Source: an uncultured Verrucomicrobiales bacterium (GTDB lineage: Bacteria; Verrucomicrobiota; Verrucomicrobiia; Verrucomicrobiales; Akkermansiaceae). Taken from it: a stretch of 64,000 nucleotides of DNA. Positions 18,335 through 28,894 of this stretch are shown here, in pieces. A model generated the notes under the pieces. The model ran no database searches. It saw only the letters and a program-made list of their open reading frames with translations, and had not been told where the DNA came from. Position 1 is the first letter of the stretch. Every line of letters starts with the position of its first letter. The position numbers and the translations under genes were made by a program. The stretch is taken from assembly GCA_937928545.1 (NCBI GenBank), contig CALGJQ010000029.1, positions 1 to 64,000 on the forward strand, written 5' to 3'.

Positions 18335-19132
18335 GTGGTTAGAATTTTACCAGAGCCCCCAATTTGGAAAGCCGCGATAGGTTTTGATTTTGACGATACT
18401 CTCGTCATGAAAGGTGGAAATGGTTCGCTTGATCCACGCTTTTTTGAATGTATTCAATGGGTCAGATCGACTTACGGAGCAGCGTGGGGAATCGCCACCG
18501 GACGTTCTCTTTACCAACTCGTAGAGGGTTTCAATGAGGCCTCTTTTCCCGTTCTCCCTGATTTTGTGGTCGCTCGTGAGCGTGAGATTTATTTCCCGGG
18601 GCAGTTTGGACGTTGGGTTCCGCATGAAGAGTGGAATGATCGTTGCGAGCGAGATCACGATCGTCTTTTTCGTAAGAGCAAAAGAGTTCTCAACAAGGTC
18701 CGGAAGTTCATCGAATCGAAAACCTCCGCGCGCTGGGTTTCGGTAGAAGGGGACGCCGCCGGGATCGAGGCAAGCTCTGATGCTGAAATGGATGAAATCC
18801 AAACCTTCATCGAAGGGCTCTCACGAAATTCGAATCTCACTTTTGAGAGGAACTCCATTTATCTTCGCTTTAGTCACCGTGACTACAATAAGGGAACGGG
18901 CTTGGTCGAAGCTGCGGATCGATGGGGGATTGGACCGGATCGGATCTTAGCAATTGGCGATAATTATAACGATCTTCCGATGTTTCAGCCGCAGATTTGC
19001 GATGCCTGCGGTTGTCCGGGCAATGCGCTTGATGAGGTGAAAGACTTCATTAGAAATCGTGCTGGAAAGGTTGCCGAAAAGTCGGGTTCTGACGGAGTGA
19101 TTGAGGTTCTCGGGCATTACTTTGATCCATGA
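18335..19132 (+). CDS. HAD-superfamily hydrolase (Cof/IIB-type)
   Basis: DxDxT motif FDFDDTLV and a C-terminal GDNYNDLPMF motif. Confidence 0.75.
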   Translation: MVRILPEPPIWKAAIGFDFDDTLVMKGGNGSLDPRFFECIQWVRSTYGAAWGIATGRSLYQLVEGFNEASFPVLPDFVVAREREIYFPGQFGRWVPHEEWNDRCERDHDRLFRKSKRVLNKVRKFIESKTSARWVSVEGDAAGIEASSDAEMDEIQTFIEGLSRNSNLTFERNSIYLRFSHRDYNKGTGLVEAADRWGIGPDRILAIGDNYNDLPMFQPQICDACGCPGNALDEVKDFIRNRAGKVAEKSGSDGVIEVLGHYFDP

Positions 19133-19719
19133 TCGGAGAGTTGCTGGCCTTTGCTCTCATTATGGTGATCGGTCAATTTAGTCCGGGGCCAGATATGCTC
19201 CTTTTAACGCGAACGGCTCTCGCGGAAGGATTGAAAGCAGGGTGGTTGATGGTTTTGGGGATCGTCACGGGACTCGTATTTCATGCCACCTTAGCGATTG
19301 CAGGCATGGCCGTCATCATCACTCGCGGGGGATGGCTCTCTCAGATGATGACTTGGCTGGCGGCCGCATATTTAATTTGGCTGGGGATTGGCCTGATTCG
19401 GAAAGGGGCAGAGCAAGAAGATGTCGAGAGAACGAAAAGAAGCCCTTACCTGCGAGGTCTGTTCTGCAATTTGCTGAATCCGAAAGTCCTCGTTTTTTTT
19501 GCCAGTGTGGTGGCTCCTTTTTTAACTGGGGATCGTCCCGATTGGTGGCCTTTTGCCTTGTGGCTTCTCATCGTGGGCGAGGGGCTCTTTTTCTGGTTCC
19601 TGTGGGTGTGGCTTTTACAGGTTCCTCAGATTCGATCAGCCTATCAAAGAGCTGGGCGGACTCTGGATCTTATCTTTGCGCTGCTTCTGTTCGGTCTCGC
19701 CCTTCATTTGCTGATCTGA
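19129..19719 (+). CDS. LysE/RhtB-family amino-acid exporter
   Basis: About 196 aa with six TM helices, SPGPDML and NPKVLVFF motifs. Confidence 0.8.
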   Translation: MIGELLAFALIMVIGQFSPGPDMLLLTRTALAEGLKAGWLMVLGIVTGLVFHATLAIAGMAVIITRGGWLSQMMTWLAAAYLIWLGIGLIRKGAEQEDVERTKRSPYLRGLFCNLLNPKVLVFFASVVAPFLTGDRPDWWPFALWLLIVGEGLFFWFLWVWLLQVPQIRSAYQRAGRTLDLIFALLLFGLALHLLI

Positions 19720-19777
19720 GGCGGAGAAAAAAGCCCTACTCGAAAAACGAATAGGGCTTTGAGAGGGTGACGGGATT

Positions 19778-21610
19778 TTAGCGCCTCGACCGCCGTGTGG
19801 AGCTTTGGCGTCTTTGACGCCCGTCGTTCTCATTCGGACGAGTGATCGTCTCCGCCTCTTCGTTAGCGAAGACATGATCCGGAAGTTCATCTCCTATCTC
19901 AGTGTTTCGCCTGATGATGGTCGCGAGGGTCTGTTCCTCAATCATCTCCACCATTTCTTGAGGCAAAGCTCCCCGGTAATAGAAGCGGTCGCCGTCTCGA
20001 AGACGGGTGAATTGATCCACTAAGATGGCTTGGTAAGTCTCACCAACCATCGAGCCGGGAACATCAGTTTCGCAAAGACCACCGACCCATAAATCAACTT
20101 GATCGGGGCTTGCGTAGACCGAAGCCAAAGCTTCCGAATCAGTGGTGTTCTCGGTAATGCCAGTCATGTCGCTCACGGGCGCGAAACCTAAGCTCACGCG
20201 GGCGGAGTTGTAATCTGGAATGCCATGATCACGTCCGCGTTGGATGTTCAATGAAGCAAGGTCGAAGCCGCCTGCTCCCGGAGGGCCGAAGAGGAGGTTG
20301 CGAACTTCATCCACCAAATGTGCATCAAGTTCCTGGCATTCTTGAGCTGCCAAACCTCGAAGAAGAGGAGCAATCCCTTCTTCTTCGATCAAGGCTGGGT
20401 TGAAGAAAGATCCTGCAAGAGAAAGGTGCCCTGCTTCGATCTCATTTCCCTCCGCATCCACTCGCAGGAGTTCCGCGGACAACATGCTGTGCCCAATTCT
20501 GAAGGCAGCAGCCCCGAAAGAGTTTGAGAGGTCTGCCCGAACGTCTTCACGATAGCCGCGGTAGTCGGGAAGGGCATTTTTCCCCAGCAAAACGGGGAGG
20601 AATTCACGATAGGTGATCGCTTGGATTTCAGCGGCAACCACCATCCGAGCGAACTGGTAAATCTCTTCCCCTTGGGCAAGTGGATTACTTGCTGCGTATT
20701 CTTCAGCCCAATAATTGTGCTCTCGAACGAAAAGCGTGTGGAGCGCGGTCAGTCCCGCTTGCTCATTGGCTCGAACATCGCCAGCGAGGAAAAAATTCGA
20801 GCTTGGGGCGGGGGCATTTGCAAATCCCGCTTCGTTGTATGGAAGTAAGTCCCCATGCTCAGATTCGGTCACTTTAAGTTTGCCGCTGCCATCCAAGCTT
20901 CGGAGGGCGAAGGCTCGACTGTCGTCTGATCCGTAGACTTGTGAGGCATCAATGTAGGCTGAGATTTCGTTTACTTGCTCACGGACTCCGTCGTGATCTT
21001 CATAGAGAGAACGATTGAGAGCAATGGTCGCCGATCCTGAATTGAAGGGGTCGAAATGCGGGTCTCCGAGAGGGACCGGGATATCAAAGGCCTCGGCGGG
21101 ATCTGCCGATGGGGTCTCAATGATGTCGTGATCGACAAATTGCCCCCATTGCCAGAGGTAATCAGTGGCGCCACGGGAATTAACGATTGATTCGCTCTGC
21201 GCGATCAAGGCATTACTGATGGCTCGGGGAGAAGGTCGCTCGGCTCCAGCGGGAGTTGAGTAACCATCGGCGTAGGCATTTCCTAAGATTCGGATCGTGG
21301 TCTCCTGAGCCATTCCCCAAGTTGGGTTTGCGAGATTGTTTCCACTTCCATTTACTGAGCGATTTTCAGTTGGAATCGCAATCGGTCTGGAGCTTTCGTT
21401 GCGGTTTGGGCTGTTGTCTCGGGTGTCGCGAGACCTCTGAATCGCTCGCGGAATGAAGGCCGCTTGGCGGTCATTGACGTTACGATTCGTGGTGCTTGCT
21501 CGTTCGGGTCCAGCTAACTGGGCGGGAGCGAGTATCATGGTGGCCGTCAGGGAAAAGGCCGTGATGGCGACTTTCCGTGAGGTGTTAGGTGTTTTTTTCA
21601 TGATTCTCAT
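19778..21610 (-). CDS. Secreted animal-type heme peroxidase family protein
   Basis: Signal peptide and a peroxidase core (ANEQAGLTALHTLFVREHNYWA...). Confidence 0.8.
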   Translation of the reverse strand: MRIMKKTPNTSRKVAITAFSLTATMILAPAQLAGPERASTTNRNVNDRQAAFIPRAIQRSRDTRDNSPNRNESSRPIAIPTENRSVNGSGNNLANPTWGMAQETTIRILGNAYADGYSTPAGAERPSPRAISNALIAQSESIVNSRGATDYLWQWGQFVDHDIIETPSADPAEAFDIPVPLGDPHFDPFNSGSATIALNRSLYEDHDGVREQVNEISAYIDASQVYGSDDSRAFALRSLDGSGKLKVTESEHGDLLPYNEAGFANAPAPSSNFFLAGDVRANEQAGLTALHTLFVREHNYWAEEYAASNPLAQGEEIYQFARMVVAAEIQAITYREFLPVLLGKNALPDYRGYREDVRADLSNSFGAAAFRIGHSMLSAELLRVDAEGNEIEAGHLSLAGSFFNPALIEEEGIAPLLRGLAAQECQELDAHLVDEVRNLLFGPPGAGGFDLASLNIQRGRDHGIPDYNSARVSLGFAPVSDMTGITENTTDSEALASVYASPDQVDLWVGGLCETDVPGSMVGETYQAILVDQFTRLRDGDRFYYRGALPQEMVEMIEEQTLATIIRRNTEIGDELPDHVFANEEAETITRPNENDGRQRRQSSTRRSRR

Positions 21611-21752
21611 TATTTGTTTCAGAACGGATTGATTTCCGATCTGTCGAGGATCATGGCACAGCTTTCCTGAATGCCTGATGAATGGCTGGAAAGTATTTTG
21701 GAAAAGAGCTAAAAAGTTTTAACTCTAGTGGGTCTCGTACTTTGAATGAAAG

Positions 21753-22835
21753 TTACGAAAGGAATTTAGGAAGCTCGGCATCCAGAGCATCGAGCATTTC
21801 CTGCATGGTTGAGGTGGTCTCGTTACCCATGTTGGAAATGCGGAAGGTTTTGCCTTTGATTTTCCCGTAGCCGCCGTTGATGGCGATGTTGTGATTCGCG
21901 ATGATTGACTTAATCCAACCCGCTTGATCAAGGTTCTCTGGAGTCACGAAGCAGGAGAGAGAAAGCGAGCGGAAGCCTTCGGGAGGGAGTAGATCGAAGC
22001 CGTGGCGCTCACCCCATTGATGGACCATCGCGTTGTTTGATTGATGGCGGGTGAACCGATTCTCCAGACCTTCCTCGAGCATGACGCCTACTCTTTCACG
22101 GAGAGCATAGAGATGAGGGATGGCGGGAGTAGAAGGGGTGTTGTCTTTTTCGTCATTCTTGGCGAATTCGCAGAAATCGAAGTAGTAACCGCGATCTTTC
22201 ATCGAAGCGGCGCGCTCAAGGGCGGCGTCCGAGGTCACGAAGACCGCTAGGCCGGGAGGGAGTGCGATGGCTTTTTGGACTCCAGCGAGGAGGACATCGA
22301 TTCCCAGTTCGTCAAAATTGATGGGCATGGCCGACAGAGAGGAGACGGTGTCGACCACGAGGAGGACGTCGTCAAAAGACTTAACGACATCAGAAATCTC
22401 CTTGAGAGGATTTAAGACCCCTGTGGAAGTTTCATTGTGAACCAGCGTGACGGTATCGAAGCCTCCCTCAGCGAGTTTTTCGCGAACAGCCTCGGGATCG
22501 ATCGGCTGACCCCACTCGACTTGGATTTTTTCGGCCTCTTTGCCGCAACTTTGGGCAACGCCATACCATTTGTCTGAAAATGCTCCGCAGCAGAGATTCA
22601 GGACCTTTTTGTGAACCAGATTCCGAATGCAGCCCTCCATGACTCCCCAAGCGGATGAGGTTGAAAAGTAAACCGGGCGGCTCGTCCCGACAACTTGGCG
22701 GATACCGGGCTGAATTGAGGCGTAAAGCTCTTCAAAATCCTTTCCACGGTGTCCAATTCCAGGGCCAGCCATGGCCGCATAGGTTTCGGGAGCAACATCA
22801 ACGGGACCTGGTATAAACAACTTGGGCTTCGACAT
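21753..22835 (-). CDS. Class V aminotransferase (serine-pyruvate / alanine-glyoxylate type)
   Basis: Starts MSKPKLFIPGPV, with a PLP-fold sequence and a lysine-containing GVQKAIALPPG motif. Confidence 0.8.
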   Translation of the reverse strand: MSKPKLFIPGPVDVAPETYAAMAGPGIGHRGKDFEELYASIQPGIRQVVGTSRPVYFSTSSAWGVMEGCIRNLVHKKVLNLCCGAFSDKWYGVAQSCGKEAEKIQVEWGQPIDPEAVREKLAEGGFDTVTLVHNETSTGVLNPLKEISDVVKSFDDVLLVVDTVSSLSAMPINFDELGIDVLLAGVQKAIALPPGLAVFVTSDAALERAASMKDRGYYFDFCEFAKNDEKDNTPSTPAIPHLYALRERVGVMLEEGLENRFTRHQSNNAMVHQWGERHGFDLLPPEGFRSLSLSCFVTPENLDQAGWIKSIIANHNIAINGGYGKIKGKTFRISNMGNETTSTMQEMLDALDAELPKFLS

Positions 22836-22999
22836 GACGCGGGAAACTGTCTTGAGAAGCGGATTCTGTCGAGCGGATTTCAAAGGGGAACAGCCCGATG
22901 GGGGCGTTTATGGTGAATCGCTTAAGATTCTTCACTTTAAGAAGCACGGGAAATGCGTGACATTGCCTTTTTAAACCACCATATTGCCTCCACCAACCC

Positions 23000-23848
23000 A
23001 TGAAGCGCCGTAAGATTTTAAAACTGAGCTCCGGAGCGATCATTGCTCTCCCAGCCTGTTCTGCAAAAAAGGATCAACTCACCCCCAGTGTCGCTAATGC
23101 GATTCCGGCAAGCTCGAATGTCGCGGCAAGTACGCAGCCGGTTAAGGTCGGAGCGAATACGCAATATCGACCTCCAGCGTATGTGAACCAGGGCTTACGG
23201 AACCCGAATATGAATCTGCCTTCGCAGTTCAGTGGTAAGACCGTGAGTCATTCACGTGGTCTCTCAACAAATCCTTATGTCGCGATGACTTTCGATGATG
23301 GTCCTCATCCGCAAAACACGCCACGTCTTTTGGATATGCTTCGCGCTCGAAACATTAAGGCGACCTTCTACGTGATTGGGGGAAATGTAGACCGATATCC
23401 TCACATTGTGCGTCGCATCGTTGCGGAAGGACATGAGATCGGGAATCACACATACACTCACCGTAAGTTGACCTCATTGGGAGATTCGGAAGTTTCCAAA
23501 GAAATGCGCCGCACCGAAGATGCCATCGTGAGAGCCGCTGGAGTAAAGCCGCGGACGATGCGTCCACCGTATGGCGCTCTTTTGACTCGTCAGCGTAACA
23601 ATATTTTTTCGAACTTTAATTACCCGACCATCTTGTGGTCAGTTGATCCAAACGACTGGAAGCGTCCAGGCGCTTCGGTGGTGACTTCTCGGATTTTGAA
23701 GGGAGCTCACAATGGTGCCATCATTTTGGCTCACGATCTCCATGCTCCTACCGTTGATGCGATGCCTAAAACCTTTGATGGTCTTTTATCACGAGGTTTC
23801 CAGTTTATTACGGTTTCTCAGCTCCTTGCTCAAAAAGGGCAAGCCTAG
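23000..23848 (+). CDS. Polysaccharide deacetylase (NodB homology domain)
   Basis: MTFDDGPHPQNTPRLLDML and GHEIGNHTYTH motifs. Confidence 0.85.
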   Translation: MKRRKILKLSSGAIIALPACSAKKDQLTPSVANAIPASSNVAASTQPVKVGANTQYRPPAYVNQGLRNPNMNLPSQFSGKTVSHSRGLSTNPYVAMTFDDGPHPQNTPRLLDMLRARNIKATFYVIGGNVDRYPHIVRRIVAEGHEIGNHTYTHRKLTSLGDSEVSKEMRRTEDAIVRAAGVKPRTMRPPYGALLTRQRNNIFSNFNYPTILWSVDPNDWKRPGASVVTSRILKGAHNGAIILAHDLHAPTVDAMPKTFDGLLSRGFQFITVSQLLAQKGQA

Positions 23849-23885
23849 GGCGGTGCCTTAGTTCATACCCCCTTTTACCCCCGAA

Positions 23886-25601
23886 ATGTTTGGTGAACGC
23901 TATTTTGCGACGAGACAGCGCCTGACCGATGTGGTCGCTGGGGTGCGTGAGCTGGGTGAGAAAACGGGTGCCGAGGTCAGCAGCTTGGCCGATGAGGGGG
24001 ATTTTTTGAAAGGACTCCACAGCCCTTTTCTTTTTGTCGTTTGTGGAGAGGTGAATGCTGGAAAGTCCACCATGGTGAATGGGCTTTTTGGACAGGATCT
24101 TTGTAAGGTGAACGTTCTCCCTGAAACCGAAAAGGTTCATTGGTATCGCTACGCAGATGAGGCCAAAACGGTGAACACCACTCCCACCTTGGAGGAGCGC
24201 TATCGTCCCATCGATTTCCTTCAGGATTTTAATATCGTCGACACTCCAGGGACAAACTCGGTCGTTCCCGGTCATCAACCGATTACCGAGCGATTTCTTC
24301 CGGTTGCCGATTTGCTCTTGTTTGTCTTTCCAGTGAGCAATCCCTGGGGAGCTGCGACTTGGCAATTCATTTCACGTTTGCCAGAGGACCAACTTCAGAA
24401 TGTGGCCTTCGTGTTACAGCAAGCGGATTTACGAAGTGAGGAAGATTTAGCGGTCATTTTGGAGCACATGCGAACTTTGGCAGAGCAGAAGACTGGAGCA
24501 CGCCCTGAAGTGTTCCCCGTTTCTGGTCGGATGGCGATGGAGGCCAAAAAGGCCCATCCATTTTCTTCGAACCTTTGGAAAAAGAGTGGATATCCGGCAC
24601 TTGAAGCCTTTATTTCGAAAAGGGTATCGGAAAACCCGGCACGCCGTCGGGTCTTGCAGGATGTCCGTGATTCCACTCAAGTCGCACTTCGCAAAATCGA
24701 GGAGAAGATCGAGGCTCGCACCGCGACGCTCGATAACGATCAACGCTTTTTACGTGAGTTAGAAAATGAGGTTGATGGCCGTCGCGAAGGGCAGGCCAAA
24801 ATTCTCTCCGAACGACTCAGTGGATTGGGTGAGGTCTTCCTTCGGCAAGGAAATCAAGCCGTGGATCATTTGGCCTCGAGGATGTCGATTTCGCAGAGTT
24901 TCGTGTCCCTCTTTCAACAAGAAACTTTGCCGACTCATATCGAAAAGGGGCTCACCGAAGCGGTGAAGGAAGCGATTGAGGAAACAGCTTCTCAAGATGG
25001 AGGCGAGTTGGTGCAGAATTGCCGGACTCACTGGGAAACGGTGGAGCCTAGGATTAAGAAAAATTTACAAGTTCAAGCACCTGACTTCGAAAAAGATACC
25101 GAGTCACTCTCGGGGACGAGCGCGCGCTTTGTGCGAAGGCTGGGCCGCTCGGCGAAGCAGGCGGTTGCTCAATTGAAACTCAGAGGCACGCTTGATATGC
25201 AGATGGAGAGTCGGCGCGCCATTTTGCGTCGTTACATGGTGGCGGCTCTCTGCGCCCTGATTTCAGCTGGGGTCCTAGGTGGCCTAAACCTTCAGCCTTG
25301 GTCGTGGATTGCAGTGGTCATTGCTCTCCTCATTTTGGGTGCCGCTGGCGTTTATGCCTCGAAGTCGCGAGATGCGGTTTGTCAGGATTTCACAGAACGT
25401 GTGGAAGACCTTAGGCAGCCCTTTGCGGATTCCCTAGCGACAGATTATAAGGAAGGAGTTCGTGAATTTTATGTCGAATATGGAGGGCTTTTTGAGATTG
25501 TTCGGCGGCGTATTGCTGATCAAAAATCCCTGTTAAAACCACAACTGGAGAGATGGAATGATCTCTTTTTAGAGCTCAAGGCAATCGAGCAAGAGATTTA
25601 G
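23886..25601 (+). CDS. Bacterial dynamin-like GTPase
   Basis: G1 VVCGEVNAGKSTMVNGLFG, a DTPGTNS motif, a long helical stalk and a C-terminal TM hairpin. Confidence 0.75.
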   Translation: MFGERYFATRQRLTDVVAGVRELGEKTGAEVSSLADEGDFLKGLHSPFLFVVCGEVNAGKSTMVNGLFGQDLCKVNVLPETEKVHWYRYADEAKTVNTTPTLEERYRPIDFLQDFNIVDTPGTNSVVPGHQPITERFLPVADLLLFVFPVSNPWGAATWQFISRLPEDQLQNVAFVLQQADLRSEEDLAVILEHMRTLAEQKTGARPEVFPVSGRMAMEAKKAHPFSSNLWKKSGYPALEAFISKRVSENPARRRVLQDVRDSTQVALRKIEEKIEARTATLDNDQRFLRELENEVDGRREGQAKILSERLSGLGEVFLRQGNQAVDHLASRMSISQSFVSLFQQETLPTHIEKGLTEAVKEAIEETASQDGGELVQNCRTHWETVEPRIKKNLQVQAPDFEKDTESLSGTSARFVRRLGRSAKQAVAQLKLRGTLDMQMESRRAILRRYMVAALCALISAGVLGGLNLQPWSWIAVVIALLILGAAGVYASKSRDAVCQDFTERVEDLRQPFADSLATDYKEGVREFYVEYGGLFEIVRRRIADQKSLLKPQLERWNDLFLELKAIEQEI

Positions 25602-25626
25602 GGGAAAGGGTTGAGAATCGAATACT

Positions 25627-26646
25627 ATGGCTCCGCTTTCCACGGCAATCTCAAGCGCTAGTCAAGGCGTCGATGCAGAATTGAAGCTGAGAACGCTGAA
25701 GGCGATGATCCTATCTCGGACCTTAGAATCCAAGCTAACCAGTCTCTATAAGGCAGGGAAAATTGTCGGTGGAGTCTATTTAGGAACGGGGCAAGAGGCC
25801 TTTTCTGCGTCACTAGGATGCTGCCTCGATCAGGAGCTTGATATCTTTGCGCCGCTGATTCGCGATCAGGCGGGGAGGACCGCTTTTGGTGAACCACTTA
25901 TTGAAGCAACTCGGACTTATCTAGGTTCAGTTCTTGGACCGATGAAGGGTCGGGATGGAAATATTCATCGGGGGAGACCCGATCAACGACGCCCTGCGAT
26001 GATTAGCCATCTTGGGACTTCAGTCTCAGTGGTGGCAGGGATGTTGATGGCTCGAAGAATGAAAGGTGAACTGGATGGAGTGGTGGGGGCTACCTGCGTG
26101 GGAGATGGGGCAACCTCGACCGGAGCTTTCCATGAAGGACTTAATTTGGTGGCGGTTGAGAAGCTACCTATGGTCATTCTCGTGGCAGACAATCAATTCG
26201 CCTATTCAACACCACGTGAGCGACAGTTCGCCTGCGAAAAATTAGTGGATCGCGCAAAAGGCTATGGCGTGACCGGAACTGAAGTCGACGCCACGAACTT
26301 GAGCCTCTGTCTGGAAGGGGTCAGAAATGCCGTTGAAGCGGCGCGATCGGGGAAGGGTCCTCAGATGGTGGTGGGAAATCTCCTCCGTCTTTGTGGTCAC
26401 GGAGAGCACGATGATGCTTCCTATGTTGCGGCACAGCTCAGGGAGTCCAGCCTTGGCCGAGATTGCTTAGACATCGGAATTGCTCAAATGATTGAACAAG
26501 ATCTTGCAAGCAGCGAAGAAATTTCAAAGTGGCAGGACGAGGCCGCAGAGCTCGTGCAACAAGCGGTAGCAAGTGCCCAAAAAGAACCCACACCTGATCC
26601 GTATCAGGAAGATTGGCGAGCCGTATCCGAGGAGGGAATGCAATAG
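25627..26646 (+). CDS. 2-oxo-acid dehydrogenase E1 component, alpha subunit (TPP-dependent)
   Basis: Characteristic E1alpha TPP-binding sequence (GDGATSTGAFHEGLNLVAV...). Confidence 0.85.
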   Translation: MAPLSTAISSASQGVDAELKLRTLKAMILSRTLESKLTSLYKAGKIVGGVYLGTGQEAFSASLGCCLDQELDIFAPLIRDQAGRTAFGEPLIEATRTYLGSVLGPMKGRDGNIHRGRPDQRRPAMISHLGTSVSVVAGMLMARRMKGELDGVVGATCVGDGATSTGAFHEGLNLVAVEKLPMVILVADNQFAYSTPRERQFACEKLVDRAKGYGVTGTEVDATNLSLCLEGVRNAVEAARSGKGPQMVVGNLLRLCGHGEHDDASYVAAQLRESSLGRDCLDIGIAQMIEQDLASSEEISKWQDEAAELVQQAVASAQKEPTPDPYQEDWRAVSEEGMQ

Positions 26647-27611
26647 TGAGTGTTACCTACATCGACGCCATTCATCAGGCTCAGTTAGAACTCCTTCGCG
26701 AGAGGGACGACGTGTTTCTCTATGGTCAGGACATCGGTTCTTTTGGAGGGGCCTTTAAAGCCACAAAGGGACTGCAAGAAGAGTTTCCAGAGCGAGTCTT
26801 AGATTCACCAATTAGTGAAGATGCGATGGTGGGAATGGCAATTGGAGCAGCGGTGAGTGGGATGCGGCCCATTGTGGAAATGCAGTTCGCGGATTTCTCC
26901 TCAATCGCCTTCAATCAGATCGTCAATCACGCCGGGACTCATTTTTATCGGACAGGAGTTCCGGTTCCAATCACGGTCAGGCTTCCTTGTGGAGGGACGC
27001 CTGGTTCTGGGCCATTTCACAGTCAAATGGTGGAGACGATTTACGCTCACTATCCCGGAATCATCGTAGCCACTCCAGCAACGGTTTCGGATGCTTACCA
27101 CCTGTTAAAGCAATCGGTGGAACTCGATGATCCCGTTGTTTTCTGTGAGCATAAATTTCTCTACCGTTGGCTTAAAACTGCAAAGATCGAGCCGGAGCCT
27201 CTTCCGCTTGGGATCGCACGGATCGCGAGACCTGGAAAGCACGCCACAGTGGTGACTTACAGTGCCATGGTGCACGAAGCGGTTCGAGCGGCTGATCGGA
27301 TGGCTTCAGAAGGATGGGAGATTGAAGTCGTAGATTTGCGTTCTATTAAACCCTTGGATATGGACACGGTCATTGCTTCAGTCGCAAGAACGGGGCGTCT
27401 TTTAGCTTTGGGCGAAGCTTTTCCATGGGGTGGAGTGACTGCTGAGATTGTTTCGCAGGTTGTCGCGGAAGGATTTCATCTTCTTGATGCCCCTCCGATG
27501 CGTTTGAATGCGAAAGATACTCCCATTCCCTATCATCCAAATCTTTGGGCCGCTCACCGACCGACTCCTGAGTCGATCATCGAAAAGCTCCGCGAACTGC
27601 TGAACCTCTAA
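26647..27611 (+). CDS. 2-oxo-acid dehydrogenase E1 component, beta subunit
   Basis: VSVTYIDAIHQAQLELLRERDDVFLYGQDIG aligns with E1beta N-termini. A GTG start lies immediately after the E1alpha stop, and an alternative ATG lies at 26613. Confidence 0.85.
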
Positions 27612-27616
27612 TCCGA

Positions 27617-28834
27617 ATGCCACAAGTTCCTATCATCATGCCTCAACTCGGTGAATCAATTGCCGAGGCCAAAATCGTTCGCCTCCTTATTGCGGTAGGT
27701 GATTCTGTCGAGGCCGATCAAGAGATCATCGAAGTAGAAACGAACAAAGCGACGATGTCGGTCACAACCCTTTGCGGTGGGACGGTGACCGAAATTCGAG
27801 GCGAGGAAGGAGTGGATTACGCGGTAGGGAGTCTTTTAGGTATTCTTGAAGCAAGCCAAGATGAAATCACCCGAACCGGCGCTCCGACGATGGGCGATCA
27901 GCTTGAAAAAGAGGGGGCTGATCAAAGTGAAGCGAATTTGCACTTTCGTCAGAGCGAAAAAAGCTATGAAGAGCCAAAGCTGGTTGAGCCCAGTGTAAAG
28001 GGACTTCCGGTTCCGGCAGGGATGAAGGGGGCGCACTATATTTCTCCTCGAATGCGAGCTCGCATGAATGAATTAGGTCTTCGCGAAGCTGACATCTCAG
28101 CAATTGCGGGGAGCGGTGCCGGCGGGCGAGTGACCGTCGATGACCTTGAAAAATTTCTCGAATACATTTCCGATTGGCCTCACAGCACGGCTTCGTCGAT
28201 GCGTCTTGCGGTGGCTGATGCGATGCGACGGAGTTGGACACGCCCCCTTGCTTCGGTAGGTCTTCCGGTGGTGCTTGATCAGGTTTTAGAGCATCGAGGG
28301 CGACAGAATCCTAAACCGGGGTTGACCCTATACGTGTTAAGGGCATTTGCGATTGCTCTCGCTGAGGAACCTACGACGGCAGGGTTTTTGATCGGGGAAA
28401 AGATCGTTCATCCAAGAGCCTTTGATATTGGAGTGGCTGTCCAAGTTGAGGACGGAGTGATGGTTCCAGTTCTGCGGAATGTCGATCAACTCAGCGTTCG
28501 TGAACTTGCTGAGGCTTATGGGGAGTTAGTCGATGAAGCTCGGAACCGACGCCTCACTCCGGAGCAAACCCAAGGAGGAATTGCGACGGTGACGAACTTT
28601 GGAACTTTTGGCCTGAAGTGGGGAACCCCGATCCCACTTCCCAATGAGACTCTCATTCTCGGTCTCGCTGCCGGAATTAAGAAACCTGTTTGGAGTGATG
28701 CGGTTGGAGCCTTTGTTCCGGTGACTGAGACTGAGTTATGTCTCACTTTTGATCACCGCGTTGTTGATGGGGGTGGAGCAGGCCTTCTTCTTCAAAGAAT
28801 TGGCGCTCTCCTTCAGAAGCCAGAGGAACTTTAA
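27617..28834 (+). CDS. Dihydrolipoamide acyltransferase E2
   Basis: Lipoyl domain (EVETNKATMSV) and a catalytic C-terminus with DHRVVDGGGA. Confidence 0.85.
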   Translation: MPQVPIIMPQLGESIAEAKIVRLLIAVGDSVEADQEIIEVETNKATMSVTTLCGGTVTEIRGEEGVDYAVGSLLGILEASQDEITRTGAPTMGDQLEKEGADQSEANLHFRQSEKSYEEPKLVEPSVKGLPVPAGMKGAHYISPRMRARMNELGLREADISAIAGSGAGGRVTVDDLEKFLEYISDWPHSTASSMRLAVADAMRRSWTRPLASVGLPVVLDQVLEHRGRQNPKPGLTLYVLRAFAIALAEEPTTAGFLIGEKIVHPRAFDIGVAVQVEDGVMVPVLRNVDQLSVRELAEAYGELVDEARNRRLTPEQTQGGIATVTNFGTFGLKWGTPIPLPNETLILGLAAGIKKPVWSDAVGAFVPVTETELCLTFDHRVVDGGGAGLLLQRIGALLQKPEEL

Positions 28835-28846
28835 GCCGCAAAAAAA

Positions 28847-28867
28847 GGCCGGAGAATCTCTCCGGCC
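28847..28867. terminator. Bidirectional rho-independent terminator hairpin
   Basis: ggccggagaatctctccggcc is flanked by an A-run upstream and a T-run downstream, and sits between convergent genes. Confidence 0.5.
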
Positions 28868-28894
28868 TTTGTGAATTTATGAAAGGCTCAAGCT

